Shown: positions 39,240-46,194 of the stretch, piece after piece
Layout: every line of letters begins with the position of its first letter
How positions within the stretch are numbered: position 1 is the stretch's first letter
IMG/VR virus record: IMGVR_UViG_3300006467_000162
Strand: one strand, 5' to 3'
Source: a virus
Length of the DNA: 46,194 bases
Translations under genes and position numbers: made by a program
Notes under the pieces: model-generated
The model's input: only the letters and a program-made list of their open reading frames with translations
What the model was told of the DNA's origin: nothing
The model's database searches: none

Positions 39240-40392
39240 CGGCGCGTACAACAACCAGGCTGCAAATGCCGGAGAGCGGAATGTTGGTGCCGTTGGCCTT
39301 ACTCGGTTGCCGGTGGCATCACAGGCAGATCCTGATGTTCTATTTCACGATACTTTTGATGATCAACCTGACTGGCATAGCGGATTAGCGGAAAACAACA
39401 CTGGTGCGTTTCCGGTGAATGGCGCCGGCCCGGATAGGGTTCAGATAGCTGGAACTCATACAGTACCAGAGGGCTGGTATGCAGTTCGACAAGATCCAGT
39501 CTGGGCACCCTCCACCGGACACCCTGACCGCCACGAAGCCATTGAAATCCTTGCCTCAAATTCTGACAAGACGCGCAACGGCACCGGAAAATCCTATGTC
39601 TCATGGAGAGATTCGACTGCCGGTGTTGCAAATGGGCAGTGGAATTCAGACAGCATTTTAGCCAAGTATTTCCCAGGGCAAGAGTTAACAGAGGTTTTTG
39701 TTCGGATATGGATTCGCTTCGGCCCGAACTGGACGCCGAGCGGGCTCACAGGCCAAAGCAAGCTTTTCAGGCTGTCCCGCTGGGATGGGGAAGGGGATAT
39801 CTTCGGCTTTGGCAGCTCTAAAAACAACGGGCCAGTATGGTTCTGGGACTACGAAAAGACTTCTGGTGGGGTCAGAAACTTTACCGCGCTTCGTGGCCAT
39901 CCAATCGCCACCAATTATGGCATGGCTAATCCAGCCCCCCTTGGCTTTGCCCGTTCCTCGATCAACCAAAACCTAATGGAGTTTACTTTCAACTTCGACA
40001 ACAACATTCGGGACCTGAATGGCGATGGCACGAATGACAACACCATTGACACGCTGCTCAACCTCCAGACCGGCCTTCCGCTGGCTGGGATCGTTGAGCA
40101 TGACGAGGTTTATGGTGATTCATGGCGCAAAGTCGAGTTCTACGCAAAGATGAATTCCGCACCAGGTGTCCGGGATGGCGTCGTTCGCCAGTGGATTGAT
40201 GACGATATCGTGGTTCAGAGCAATCAAGTCCCGTGGATGGGCTCTGACAGCCCTGGTGGTATTGGCTTCAACATCGTGGCAATTGGTGGCAACGATTACT
40301 TTCACGCCTATCCAGATTCTGATCGCCGTGAAGAGTGGTATGCGATCGATGAAGTATTAATCAGGAGCAGCTTGCCCGAGGATAAGTTATGA
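39229..40392 (+). CDS. Concanavalin-like / polysaccharide-lyase-like protein (putative depolymerase)
   Basis: C-terminal WRKVEFYAKMNSAPGVRDGVVRQWIDDDIVV...IGGNDYF...EWYAIDEVLI resembles the polysaccharide-lyase (PF14099-like) pattern. From memory. Confidence 0.4.
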   Translation: MPNNGAYNNQAANAGERNVGAVGLTRLPVASQADPDVLFHDTFDDQPDWHSGLAENNTGAFPVNGAGPDRVQIAGTHTVPEGWYAVRQDPVWAPSTGHPDRHEAIEILASNSDKTRNGTGKSYVSWRDSTAGVANGQWNSDSILAKYFPGQELTEVFVRIWIRFGPNWTPSGLTGQSKLFRLSRWDGEGDIFGFGSSKNNGPVWFWDYEKTSGGVRNFTALRGHPIATNYGMANPAPLGFARSSINQNLMEFTFNFDNNIRDLNGDGTNDNTIDTLLNLQTGLPLAGIVEHDEVYGDSWRKVEFYAKMNSAPGVRDGVVRQWIDDDIVVQSNQVPWMGSDSPGGIGFNIVAIGGNDYFHAYPDSDRREEWYAIDEVLIRSSLPEDKL

Positions 40393-41549
40393 CAGATGTG
40401 TTTCTTGCATTCCAAGGCTCGGCGCCAGCAAATACAAATAAAACCTGGAATAACGTTCAGACTGGTTCTTCATCACTTGGATTGAACACCGCAGCCGGAT
40501 CCTCCAGCGGGCTTTCATTAACTGCTGCCAACGTTGCTGGCGCAATAGAGATTGCGGTTGATGTTAACTCTTTGCCAACGGCTGATGCTGCCTGGGTTGA
40601 TGAGTTGCCTATTGCGCGGTGGGGCCATTATAAAAACAGCTCAACTGAATGGGCCAGCTACACGATCACAGGCGGCACGCCGAATGCCGCTGTTACGTAT
40701 TACAGTTTTTGCTCTGCCGGCTTTGGGCGCTTAACGGAAGTTCGAGTCAATGGCGGAACTTCGCAAACCCAGGACTCTAATGTAAACAAAACCGAAGTGC
40801 TGGTTTTCAACACCACATTTGACGGTTCTGGCAATTTGGTTATTGAGCACCGCCAAGGGGACGGTTCTTCTGGCTCTGCGTATCAAAACGCTGGCTGGCT
40901 TTCTTATGGTTCAGCTGCTGATATCACACCACCAACGTGGGATAGCGCTCCAGCTGTAACCAACACAACCGAAAGCGGCCACACCATCGGTTTCACCGCC
41001 AATGAGGCAGGCACTGTCTACGGCATCCGACTTGCCAATGGCGCCACCGCACCAGACAGCGCTCAAGTGGTTTCAGGGACGGACGCATCAGATTCTGCTG
41101 CCCCCGAGGTGAAGTCGGTCACGGTCGCCGCAGGCGTGGCAAATAGCTTTACCTTCTCGACCGGCTCCGCTGGAACAGCCTATGACTATTACATAGTTGC
41201 TGAGGATGACGAAGGAACCCCTAATGTTCAGGCCAGCCCGACATTGGTGGAGGCAACCACAGATGCCGCAGTAGTCGAGGGCATTTCCGCGCAAACCATC
41301 AGGGACAAGGCTGGCGATCTGACGCCCAGCGCCACCAATCTTAAGATTGCCGTTCGTGCATCCTCCGATCCGGAATCAACGGTGCATTACAGCACCACCA
41401 CCGGAAGCTTGAACGGCAGTTCACAGACCGCAGCGATCAATCTGGAATCTGCTGGTGTTAGCGTTGGGGATACGGTTCATTTCTCCTATTTCAACCCGGC
41501 TCTGAATGAAGGCCTGAACGTTGATCTGACGGTTGAGGATATCGCGTAA
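40389..41549 (+). CDS. Ser/Thr/Ala-rich multi-domain protein with an Ig/FN3-like module
   Basis: 386 aa. DITPPTWDSAP..GTVYGIRLANGATAPDSAQVVSG..YDYYIVAEDDEGTPN is a typical Ig/FN3-like repeat pattern. Confidence 0.5.
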   Translation: MTDVFLAFQGSAPANTNKTWNNVQTGSSSLGLNTAAGSSSGLSLTAANVAGAIEIAVDVNSLPTADAAWVDELPIARWGHYKNSSTEWASYTITGGTPNAAVTYYSFCSAGFGRLTEVRVNGGTSQTQDSNVNKTEVLVFNTTFDGSGNLVIEHRQGDGSSGSAYQNAGWLSYGSAADITPPTWDSAPAVTNTTESGHTIGFTANEAGTVYGIRLANGATAPDSAQVVSGTDASDSAAPEVKSVTVAAGVANSFTFSTGSAGTAYDYYIVAEDDEGTPNVQASPTLVEATTDAAVVEGISAQTIRDKAGDLTPSATNLKIAVRASSDPESTVHYSTTTGSLNGSSQTAAINLESAGVSVGDTVHFSYFNPALNEGLNVDLTVEDIA

Positions 41550-43390
41550 TGGATCTGATCACTGGTGGCATCAATGGCAGCGATCTGCAAACGGGCTACA
41601 TTGGCCCGTTCGTTGGCGCCCCTGCCATTGGCACAGTCGATACCGATGATGCGGTCAACCAGTATCAGCAGTCAGTCACAATTCCGCTGACCAATTTCGG
41701 CGAGGAAATCACTGCTGTTACCCTGGCCGGTGAAACCTGCGCGATTCAATCTCAGGTAATTGGCACAAGCGTTACGGTTGATTTTCCCGGCAACCTGGCA
41801 ACCGGCAGTTATACGCTTTCGGTGTCCGGAGCTACGGAGTCGGCCACCAAAAGCATTGATTACACGCAGACCCACCCGTACACCTCCCCGGTGGGCTCGG
41901 TTGACAGTAACAGTCTGTTCTCCAGTCCGGTGCTGATTACTGCCGGCACTTATCACCGCATTGTTAACGGCCCCAGCAACGGCACCCTGGATGCTGCCAC
42001 GGCTGAGGCGGATGATATCTGGGGCAATGACGTTGCTGATATCTATACCCCAGATGAAGGCTTCACTGGCGATGATGCAGTTGAAATCGAAGTGCTGTTT
42101 GATGACGGCACCACCGATACCATTAACGCCACAATCACCGTTGAAGAACCAGCCGACACAACCCCCGCAGCATTCACGTTCACCGATCAGACCGGCGTTG
42201 ATTTAGGCGCTACCGTTGAATCGAACGCTATCACTGTGACTGGCGTGGACGCGGGAGAGTCGATTGCCATCAGCGTGACCGGTGGTGAATACGCAGTTGA
42301 TAGCGGATCTGGCTATGGTGCATTCACCAGCAGCAGTGGCACAGTTGGGCTGAATGATCAGGTCAAGGTTCGGCACACCTCAAGCGCCAGCAATAGCACT
42401 GCAACGAACACAGTGCTCACCATCGGCGGTGTGAGTGACACATTCACATCGACCACGAAAGCCCCAGCAGACCTGACCCCGGATGCGTTCAGCTTTACAG
42501 ATCAGACTGGCGTTGAGCCTGAATCAGTTGCTGAGTCAAACACCATCACCGTGGCTGGGGTGGATGCGGGCGAAGATGTAGCGGTTTCCGTGACCGGCGG
42601 GGAATACGCGGTTGATGCTGGCGCAGGCTTTGGGGCTTTCACCAGCACCGGCACAAATGTTCAGCTTGGCTACCAGATCAAAGTTCGCAACACCGCCAGC
42701 AGTGAGTTCGAGACGGCCACCAATACCACTCTGACAGTTGGTGGAGTATCAGACACCTTCACCCGCACAACCAGGGCGGCCGTTCTTCCAACTCAGGATG
42801 TGACGCTTTCGGATCTAAACCTGGGTGAAACTGACGCGGTAAGCATCGATCTGGATGATTACTTCAGTGGCGCCAGCTCTTACACGCTGACCGGCATTCC
42901 AACGGATTCGGGCCTTTCGTTCTCCGGCTCTGTCTTGAGCGGGAACGTCAACAAAGACGATATTGCAGCCTCCCCGTTCACTCTGACAGCCACAGCGATT
43001 TCAGCCGATGGCAGCATCAACGATGCCTTCAGCGTGACTGTGGTTGATGACATTGGCCCGGTGATCAGCGTCAATCCGCTGACTACCCTGGACACTGCCC
43101 CGATCGTCTCTGGTAGTGCAGGGGATGCCACCAGCCTGACTCTGGTTGTGTCCGGTGTTGGCACCTACAACCCAACACCCTCCGGTGGTACGTGGAGCCA
43201 ACAGCTGCCGACCCTCTCGCTCGGTGAGTATGCCATGACTCTGAACGGTGAAGACGCCGCCGGCAATCCAGCTGTTGAGTCAAGCGCCACCCTGAACGTG
43301 GTCGATGAAATCGTAAGCGACAGCGCTGGCTTGTTCAGATCGCTGTTCACCTCCCAAGGCATTGAACTTTTCAGAAAACTATTCAGGTGA
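41549..43390 (+). CDS. Large Ig-repeat (adhesin/fibre-like) protein
   Basis: 613 aa with two tandem ~105-aa repeats, plus cadherin/He_PIG-like (LDDYFSG..YTLTG..LSFSGSVLSG) and Big-like C-terminal domains. Confidence 0.55.
   Translation: MDLITGGINGSDLQTGYIGPFVGAPAIGTVDTDDAVNQYQQSVTIPLTNFGEEITAVTLAGETCAIQSQVIGTSVTVDFPGNLATGSYTLSVSGATESATKSIDYTQTHPYTSPVGSVDSNSLFSSPVLITAGTYHRIVNGPSNGTLDAATAEADDIWGNDVADIYTPDEGFTGDDAVEIEVLFDDGTTDTINATITVEEPADTTPAAFTFTDQTGVDLGATVESNAITVTGVDAGESIAISVTGGEYAVDSGSGYGAFTSSSGTVGLNDQVKVRHTSSASNSTATNTVLTIGGVSDTFTSTTKAPADLTPDAFSFTDQTGVEPESVAESNTITVAGVDAGEDVAVSVTGGEYAVDAGAGFGAFTSTGTNVQLGYQIKVRNTASSEFETATNTTLTVGGVSDTFTRTTRAAVLPTQDVTLSDLNLGETDAVSIDLDDYFSGASSYTLTGIPTDSGLSFSGSVLSGNVNKDDIAASPFTLTATAISADGSINDAFSVTVVDDIGPVISVNPLTTLDTAPIVSGSAGDATSLTLVVSGVGTYNPTPSGGTWSQQLPTLSLGEYAMTLNGEDAAGNPAVESSATLNVVDEIVSDSAGLFRSLFTSQGIELFRKLFR
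42161..42772 (+). repeat. Tandem ~315-nt coding repeat (two copies: 42161-42457 and 42476-42772)
   Basis: TPAAFTFTDQTGV..ITVTGVDAGE..VTGGEYAVD..GAFTS..TIGGVSDTFT versus TPDAFSFTDQTGV..ITVAGVDAGE..VTGGEYAVD..GAFTS..TVGGVSDTFT. Confidence 0.85.
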
Positions 43391-43396
43391 TGCGCC

Positions 43397-43741
43397 ATGC
43401 CAGTGAACACTCTATCCGCGGACCAGTCCGATAAAGCGTTTCAAGACAATGCACACTTCCGCCAGCACTACAACCACGCGGAAACAGTTGATGGCACAGG
43501 AGACTGGCTGATTCTCCCCGCCGGGCTTGCTGAGGTTTTTGTTTCCGTTGAGCCAAGCGCCGGTACCGCCCGCGTTGAATATACCCAGGCACCAGTGTCC
43601 GAACTCGATTCAGGTTCTCCTGTTGCAAAGCCTTGGGATGCTGGTGATGTGAGCGCCTTTAAGGGTGCAGTGATGCCGGCGGTTGTAACCGCAATCCGGT
43701 GTTTCAGCACAGATCCGACAGCCTTCAAGGTGACCGCGTGA
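43397..43741 (+). CDS. Hypothetical protein
   Basis: 114 aa, with ATG after AGGTGA. Last gene before cos. Confidence 0.5.
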   Translation: MPVNTLSADQSDKAFQDNAHFRQHYNHAETVDGTGDWLILPAGLAEVFVSVEPSAGTARVEYTQAPVSELDSGSPVAKPWDAGDVSAFKGAVMPAVVTAIRCFSTDPTAFKVTA

Positions 43742-43786
43742 ACCATATTGGTGCAAAAAACCGGGGACCCTGGCGCCGGAGCTAGC

Positions 43787-43812
43787 CCGCGGGGGCGGCG
43801 CATCCACGCGGT
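43787..43812. other. cosN-like site (GGGCGGCG at 43793-43800)
   Basis: This phage: GGGCGGCGCATCCACGCGGTTTTTGTAAAATTTTTGGCGG. Lambda left end: GGGCGGCGACCTCGCGGGTTTTCGCTATTTATGAAAATTTTCCGG. It lies 130 nt upstream of terS. Confidence 0.6.
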
Positions 43813-43928
43813 TTTTGTAAAATTTTTGGCGGTGCATGGGGCCTCACCAGAGCCCCAATGTAACGCCAGTTAAAACAATCACTTAAATCTGATTCATCTG
43901 GTTATTAGAGGCAACGAGAGAGAACGAT

Positions 43929-44426
43929 GTGGCTGGCGAGGTCAACAGCATTACTGATGCGCACAATTGGTCGATCAGTCAGATTGCCCGCGCCTTCGGT
44001 ATGGACCGGAAAACCGTCGCCCGCCGTCTCGAAGATGCACGGATAACACCAGGCGGAAAGAAGAACGGCTATCCGACATACGCGCTGCGTGATGTTGGCC
44101 CGGCACTGTTCTCGGATCACATTCTTTTCGATCCAGAAGACGATCCCTCAACCCTGCCGCCATCAGATCGAAAGGCTTGGTATCAGTCAGAAAACGAACG
44201 GGTGAAGCTTGAGAAAGAGCTCCGCCAGTTGATACCCGCCGAAGAAGTCCATCTGGAAATGAGCAAGCTGGCCAAGGCGGTGACCACCACCCTGGACAGC
44301 CTTCCGGACATTCTCGAACGTGATTGTGACCTTTCACCCGAAGCAATCAACCGGGTGCAGGACAGCGTGGATTCCCTGCGCGAACAGATGTACCTGCGAA
44401 TAGTTCAAGACGAGGACGACGAGTGA
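43929..44426 (+). CDS. terS: Terminase small subunit (HTH, Nu1/DUF1441-like)
   Basis: WSISQIARAFGMDRKTVARRLEDA is an HTH. GTG start. Stop overlaps the terL GTG. Confidence 0.7.
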   Translation: MAGEVNSITDAHNWSISQIARAFGMDRKTVARRLEDARITPGGKKNGYPTYALRDVGPALFSDHILFDPEDDPSTLPPSDRKAWYQSENERVKLEKELRQLIPAEEVHLEMSKLAKAVTTTLDSLPDILERDCDLSPEAINRVQDSVDSLREQMYLRIVQDEDDE

Positions 44427-46194
44427 GTTCACTGGCCTGTGCATCACAGATCAAGTGTCAGGTTGCAGAGCTCATCAAACCACCCCGCAGAATTGCCGTC
44501 AGTGATGCCGCCGTTGAAGTGATGAAGGTGGTTGACGGTGGCGGGAAGATCGACCAGTTCCGAAAAGACCTGACGCCGTACATGAACAGGCCGATGGATT
44601 GCCTGGCCAGCCGGGTTTATGACGCGGTGGTTTTCGTTGGCCCGGCCCGATCCGGAAAGACCAACTGCCTGCTGGATGGCTGGGTTGCCTACGTGGTCAG
44701 CTGTGATCCCGGGGATATGCTGATTGTTCAGATCAGTGAGGAAAAGGCCCGCGAGTACAGCAAGAAACGGATTGATCGGATGCTTCGGAGCTCTCCGAAG
44801 TTGGTTCCTCTGATGAGTCCGCACGGCCATGACAACAACGTTCATGACAAGACCTTCAAGGCCGGCAACTATCTGGGCATCAAGTGGCCTACGGTCAACG
44901 TTCTCTCGAGCTCTGATTATCGGTTCGTAGCTCTGACCGATTACGACCGGTTGAATGAAGACCTGAACGGAGAAGGCGACCCGTTCAGCCTGGCCTCAAA
45001 GCGTACTCAAACCTTTATGTCTTCCGGCATGACCCTGGTGGAAACCTCACCGGGCTGGGAGATAACGGACGCAGACTGGAAGCCGGATCCAGAACAGCCA
45101 CATCTGGCGCCACCAACAAAAGGCGCGTTGGCTCTTTACAACCTCGGAACCCGGGAACGGCTCTATTGGCAGTGCACCAGCTGCGAAGAATGGTTCCAGC
45201 CCGTGCTTGAGAACTTCAACCTGGAAGCTGCCAAGCCATTCTGTCCACATTGCGGTGTAGTGGCGGAGGGCAAGCGGGCATTGAACAACGCGGCCCGCTG
45301 GATCCCAGAAGGCTGCAGCATTTCACCAGATGGCGAGTTGATCGGAACGCCCCGGGCCAGCCGGATCGCATCGTTCTGGATGGAAGGGCCAGCGGCCACT
45401 TTCCAGACTTGGGAAAGCCTGGCTTCCAAGCTTGCCCAGGCTGAAGAAGTTTATGCCCAGACCGGTTCCCAGGAAAAACTGAAGACCACCATCAACACCG
45501 ATTGGGGCAGGCCTTACCGATACCGGAAAGCTGAGAACGTTCGAAGCACTGACGCAATCCAGCAGCGCTCTGAACGACTGGGCGAAAGGGTTGTGCCTGA
45601 AGGTGTCCGCTGCCTGTTTGGTGCAGTGGATGTTCAGGGCGGTAAGAAGCGCCGGTTTGTGGTTCAGGTAATCGGTTACGGCGAGCGCGGCGAGCGCTGG
45701 GTGATCGATCGATTCAGCCTCCGCAAGTCTGAACGCAAAGACGAAGATGGAGAGCTCCGCCGAATCGATCCAGTTGGCCACATCGAGGACTGGGAAGTTC
45801 TGGTCACTCATGTGATCACAAGAAAGTATCCGCTGGCGGACAACAGTGGCCGCGAAATGCCGGTGCTTCTGACCGCGATTGACTCAGGCGGTGAAGGTGA
45901 GAAGGGCGGCGGCGCGAGTGTCACCGAAAACGCATACCAGTTTTACCGGACTCTGAAGCGCCTTGGCCTCCATAGGAAGGTGATGCTTGTAAAAGGTGGT
46001 AGCACAAGGACTGCACCGCGAATGCGGGAAACCTTTCCTGACAACACCGGCCGGAAAGATCGCCACACCAGCGCGAAGGGCGATATCCCGCTGCATGTTC
46101 TGAACACGAACCTGATCAAAGACACAATCAGCAACGCCCTCGAGCGGGAAGAGCCCGGCCCGAATTACTGCCACTTCCCGGACTGGCTCGGAGA
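44423..46194 (+). CDS. terL: Terminase large subunit (lambda GpA family), N-terminal part; open at the window end and continues at 128..413 once the overlap is removed
   Basis: Walker A VFVGPARSGKT. Zn-ribbon WQCTSCEEW...CPHCG. VDVQGG...IDSGGE endonuclease-type motifs. No stop before 46194. Confidence 0.9.
   Translation, partial: MSSLACASQIKCQVAELIKPPRRIAVSDAAVEVMKVVDGGGKIDQFRKDLTPYMNRPMDCLASRVYDAVVFVGPARSGKTNCLLDGWVAYVVSCDPGDMLIVQISEEKAREYSKKRIDRMLRSSPKLVPLMSPHGHDNNVHDKTFKAGNYLGIKWPTVNVLSSSDYRFVALTDYDRLNEDLNGEGDPFSLASKRTQTFMSSGMTLVETSPGWEITDADWKPDPEQPHLAPPTKGALALYNLGTRERLYWQCTSCEEWFQPVLENFNLEAAKPFCPHCGVVAEGKRALNNAARWIPEGCSISPDGELIGTPRASRIASFWMEGPAATFQTWESLASKLAQAEEVYAQTGSQEKLKTTINTDWGRPYRYRKAENVRSTDAIQQRSERLGERVVPEGVRCLFGAVDVQGGKKRRFVVQVIGYGERGERWVIDRFSLRKSERKDEDGELRRIDPVGHIEDWEVLVTHVITRKYPLADNSGREMPVLLTAIDSGGEGEKGGGASVTENAYQFYRTLKRLGLHRKVMLVKGGSTRTAPRMRETFPDNTGRKDRHTSAKGDIPLHVLNTNLIKDTISNALEREEPGPNYCHFPDWLG
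46068..46194. repeat. Terminal direct repeat, identical to 1..127
   Basis: Exact identity read base by base. Confidence 0.95.

Larger units (their letters stand above)
1..46067. mobile_element. Complete circular genome of a lambdoid temperate siphophage (unique length 46,067 bp)
   Basis: The 127-bp end overlap closes the circle. Full head, tail, lysis, integration, immunity and replication modules are present, with no flanking host genes. Confidence 0.85.

Noticed and set aside
43927-44043. ATG at 43927, two nt upstream of the terS GTG, opening a ~38-codon ORF in another frame.
   Set aside because: It is short, its product is Arg/Ser/Pro-rich, and the HTH-containing terS frame begins at GTG 43929.

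Overview
The window is a complete, circularly closed genome of a lambda-like (lambdoid) temperate siphophage. It is 46,067 bp unique, and bases 1-127 are repeated exactly at 46068-46194. The large terminase gene reads straight through that junction.

Gene order starting from a lambda-like cosN (about 43793):
- terS and terL (GpA family)
- gpW-like, lambda-type portal, ClpP-like protease/scaffold, gpD-like decoration protein, gpE-like major capsid protein
- connector and tail-completion proteins, major tail protein, tail assembly chaperone
- a secreted DUF4124 moron with its own terminator
- tape measure protein and five distal tail/fibre genes
- attP, which carries the 3' ~48 nt of a tRNA-Val(GAC)

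On the minus strand lie two small cargo genes, a lambda-type integrase, Xis, and a tightly coupled early-left operon. That operon is mostly ORFans and begins with a membrane-anchored LuxR-type HTH protein.

The immunity region contains:
- a CI-like repressor and a divergent Cro-like gene
- three copies of an AGTT-NN-AACT operator shared between the PL and PR regions
- a near-consensus LexA box driving a 60-codon gene next to cI

The early-right operon contains:
- about 330 nt of non-coding, helix-rich sequence after cro
- replication genes (an O-like initiator with internal iterons and a DnaC-like loader)
- a C5-cytosine methyltransferase entirely overlapped by a second 263-codon ORF in another frame
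- a DpdA-like/T-fold pair
- YbcO-like nuclease and RusA
- an HTH-metallophosphoesterase fusion
- DUF4406 and dNTP-pyrophosphohydrolase-like (DUF5664) proteins
- a lambda-type Q antiterminator

Downstream come a PR'-like late promoter with tandem terminators and a lysis cassette (SLT-like endolysin, holin candidates, overlapping Rz/Rz1). A 4.5-kb right-end module follows, encoding a polysaccharide-lyase-like protein and large Ig-repeat proteins.

All functional calls rest on motifs read by eye from the translations. No database search was run.

Most interesting items:
- the dual-frame methyltransferase locus
- the structured non-coding region after cro
- the LexA-box/antirepressor-type induction circuit
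- the possible 7-deazaguanine/nucleotide-editing gene set
- the late-expressed lyase/adhesin-like module next to cos
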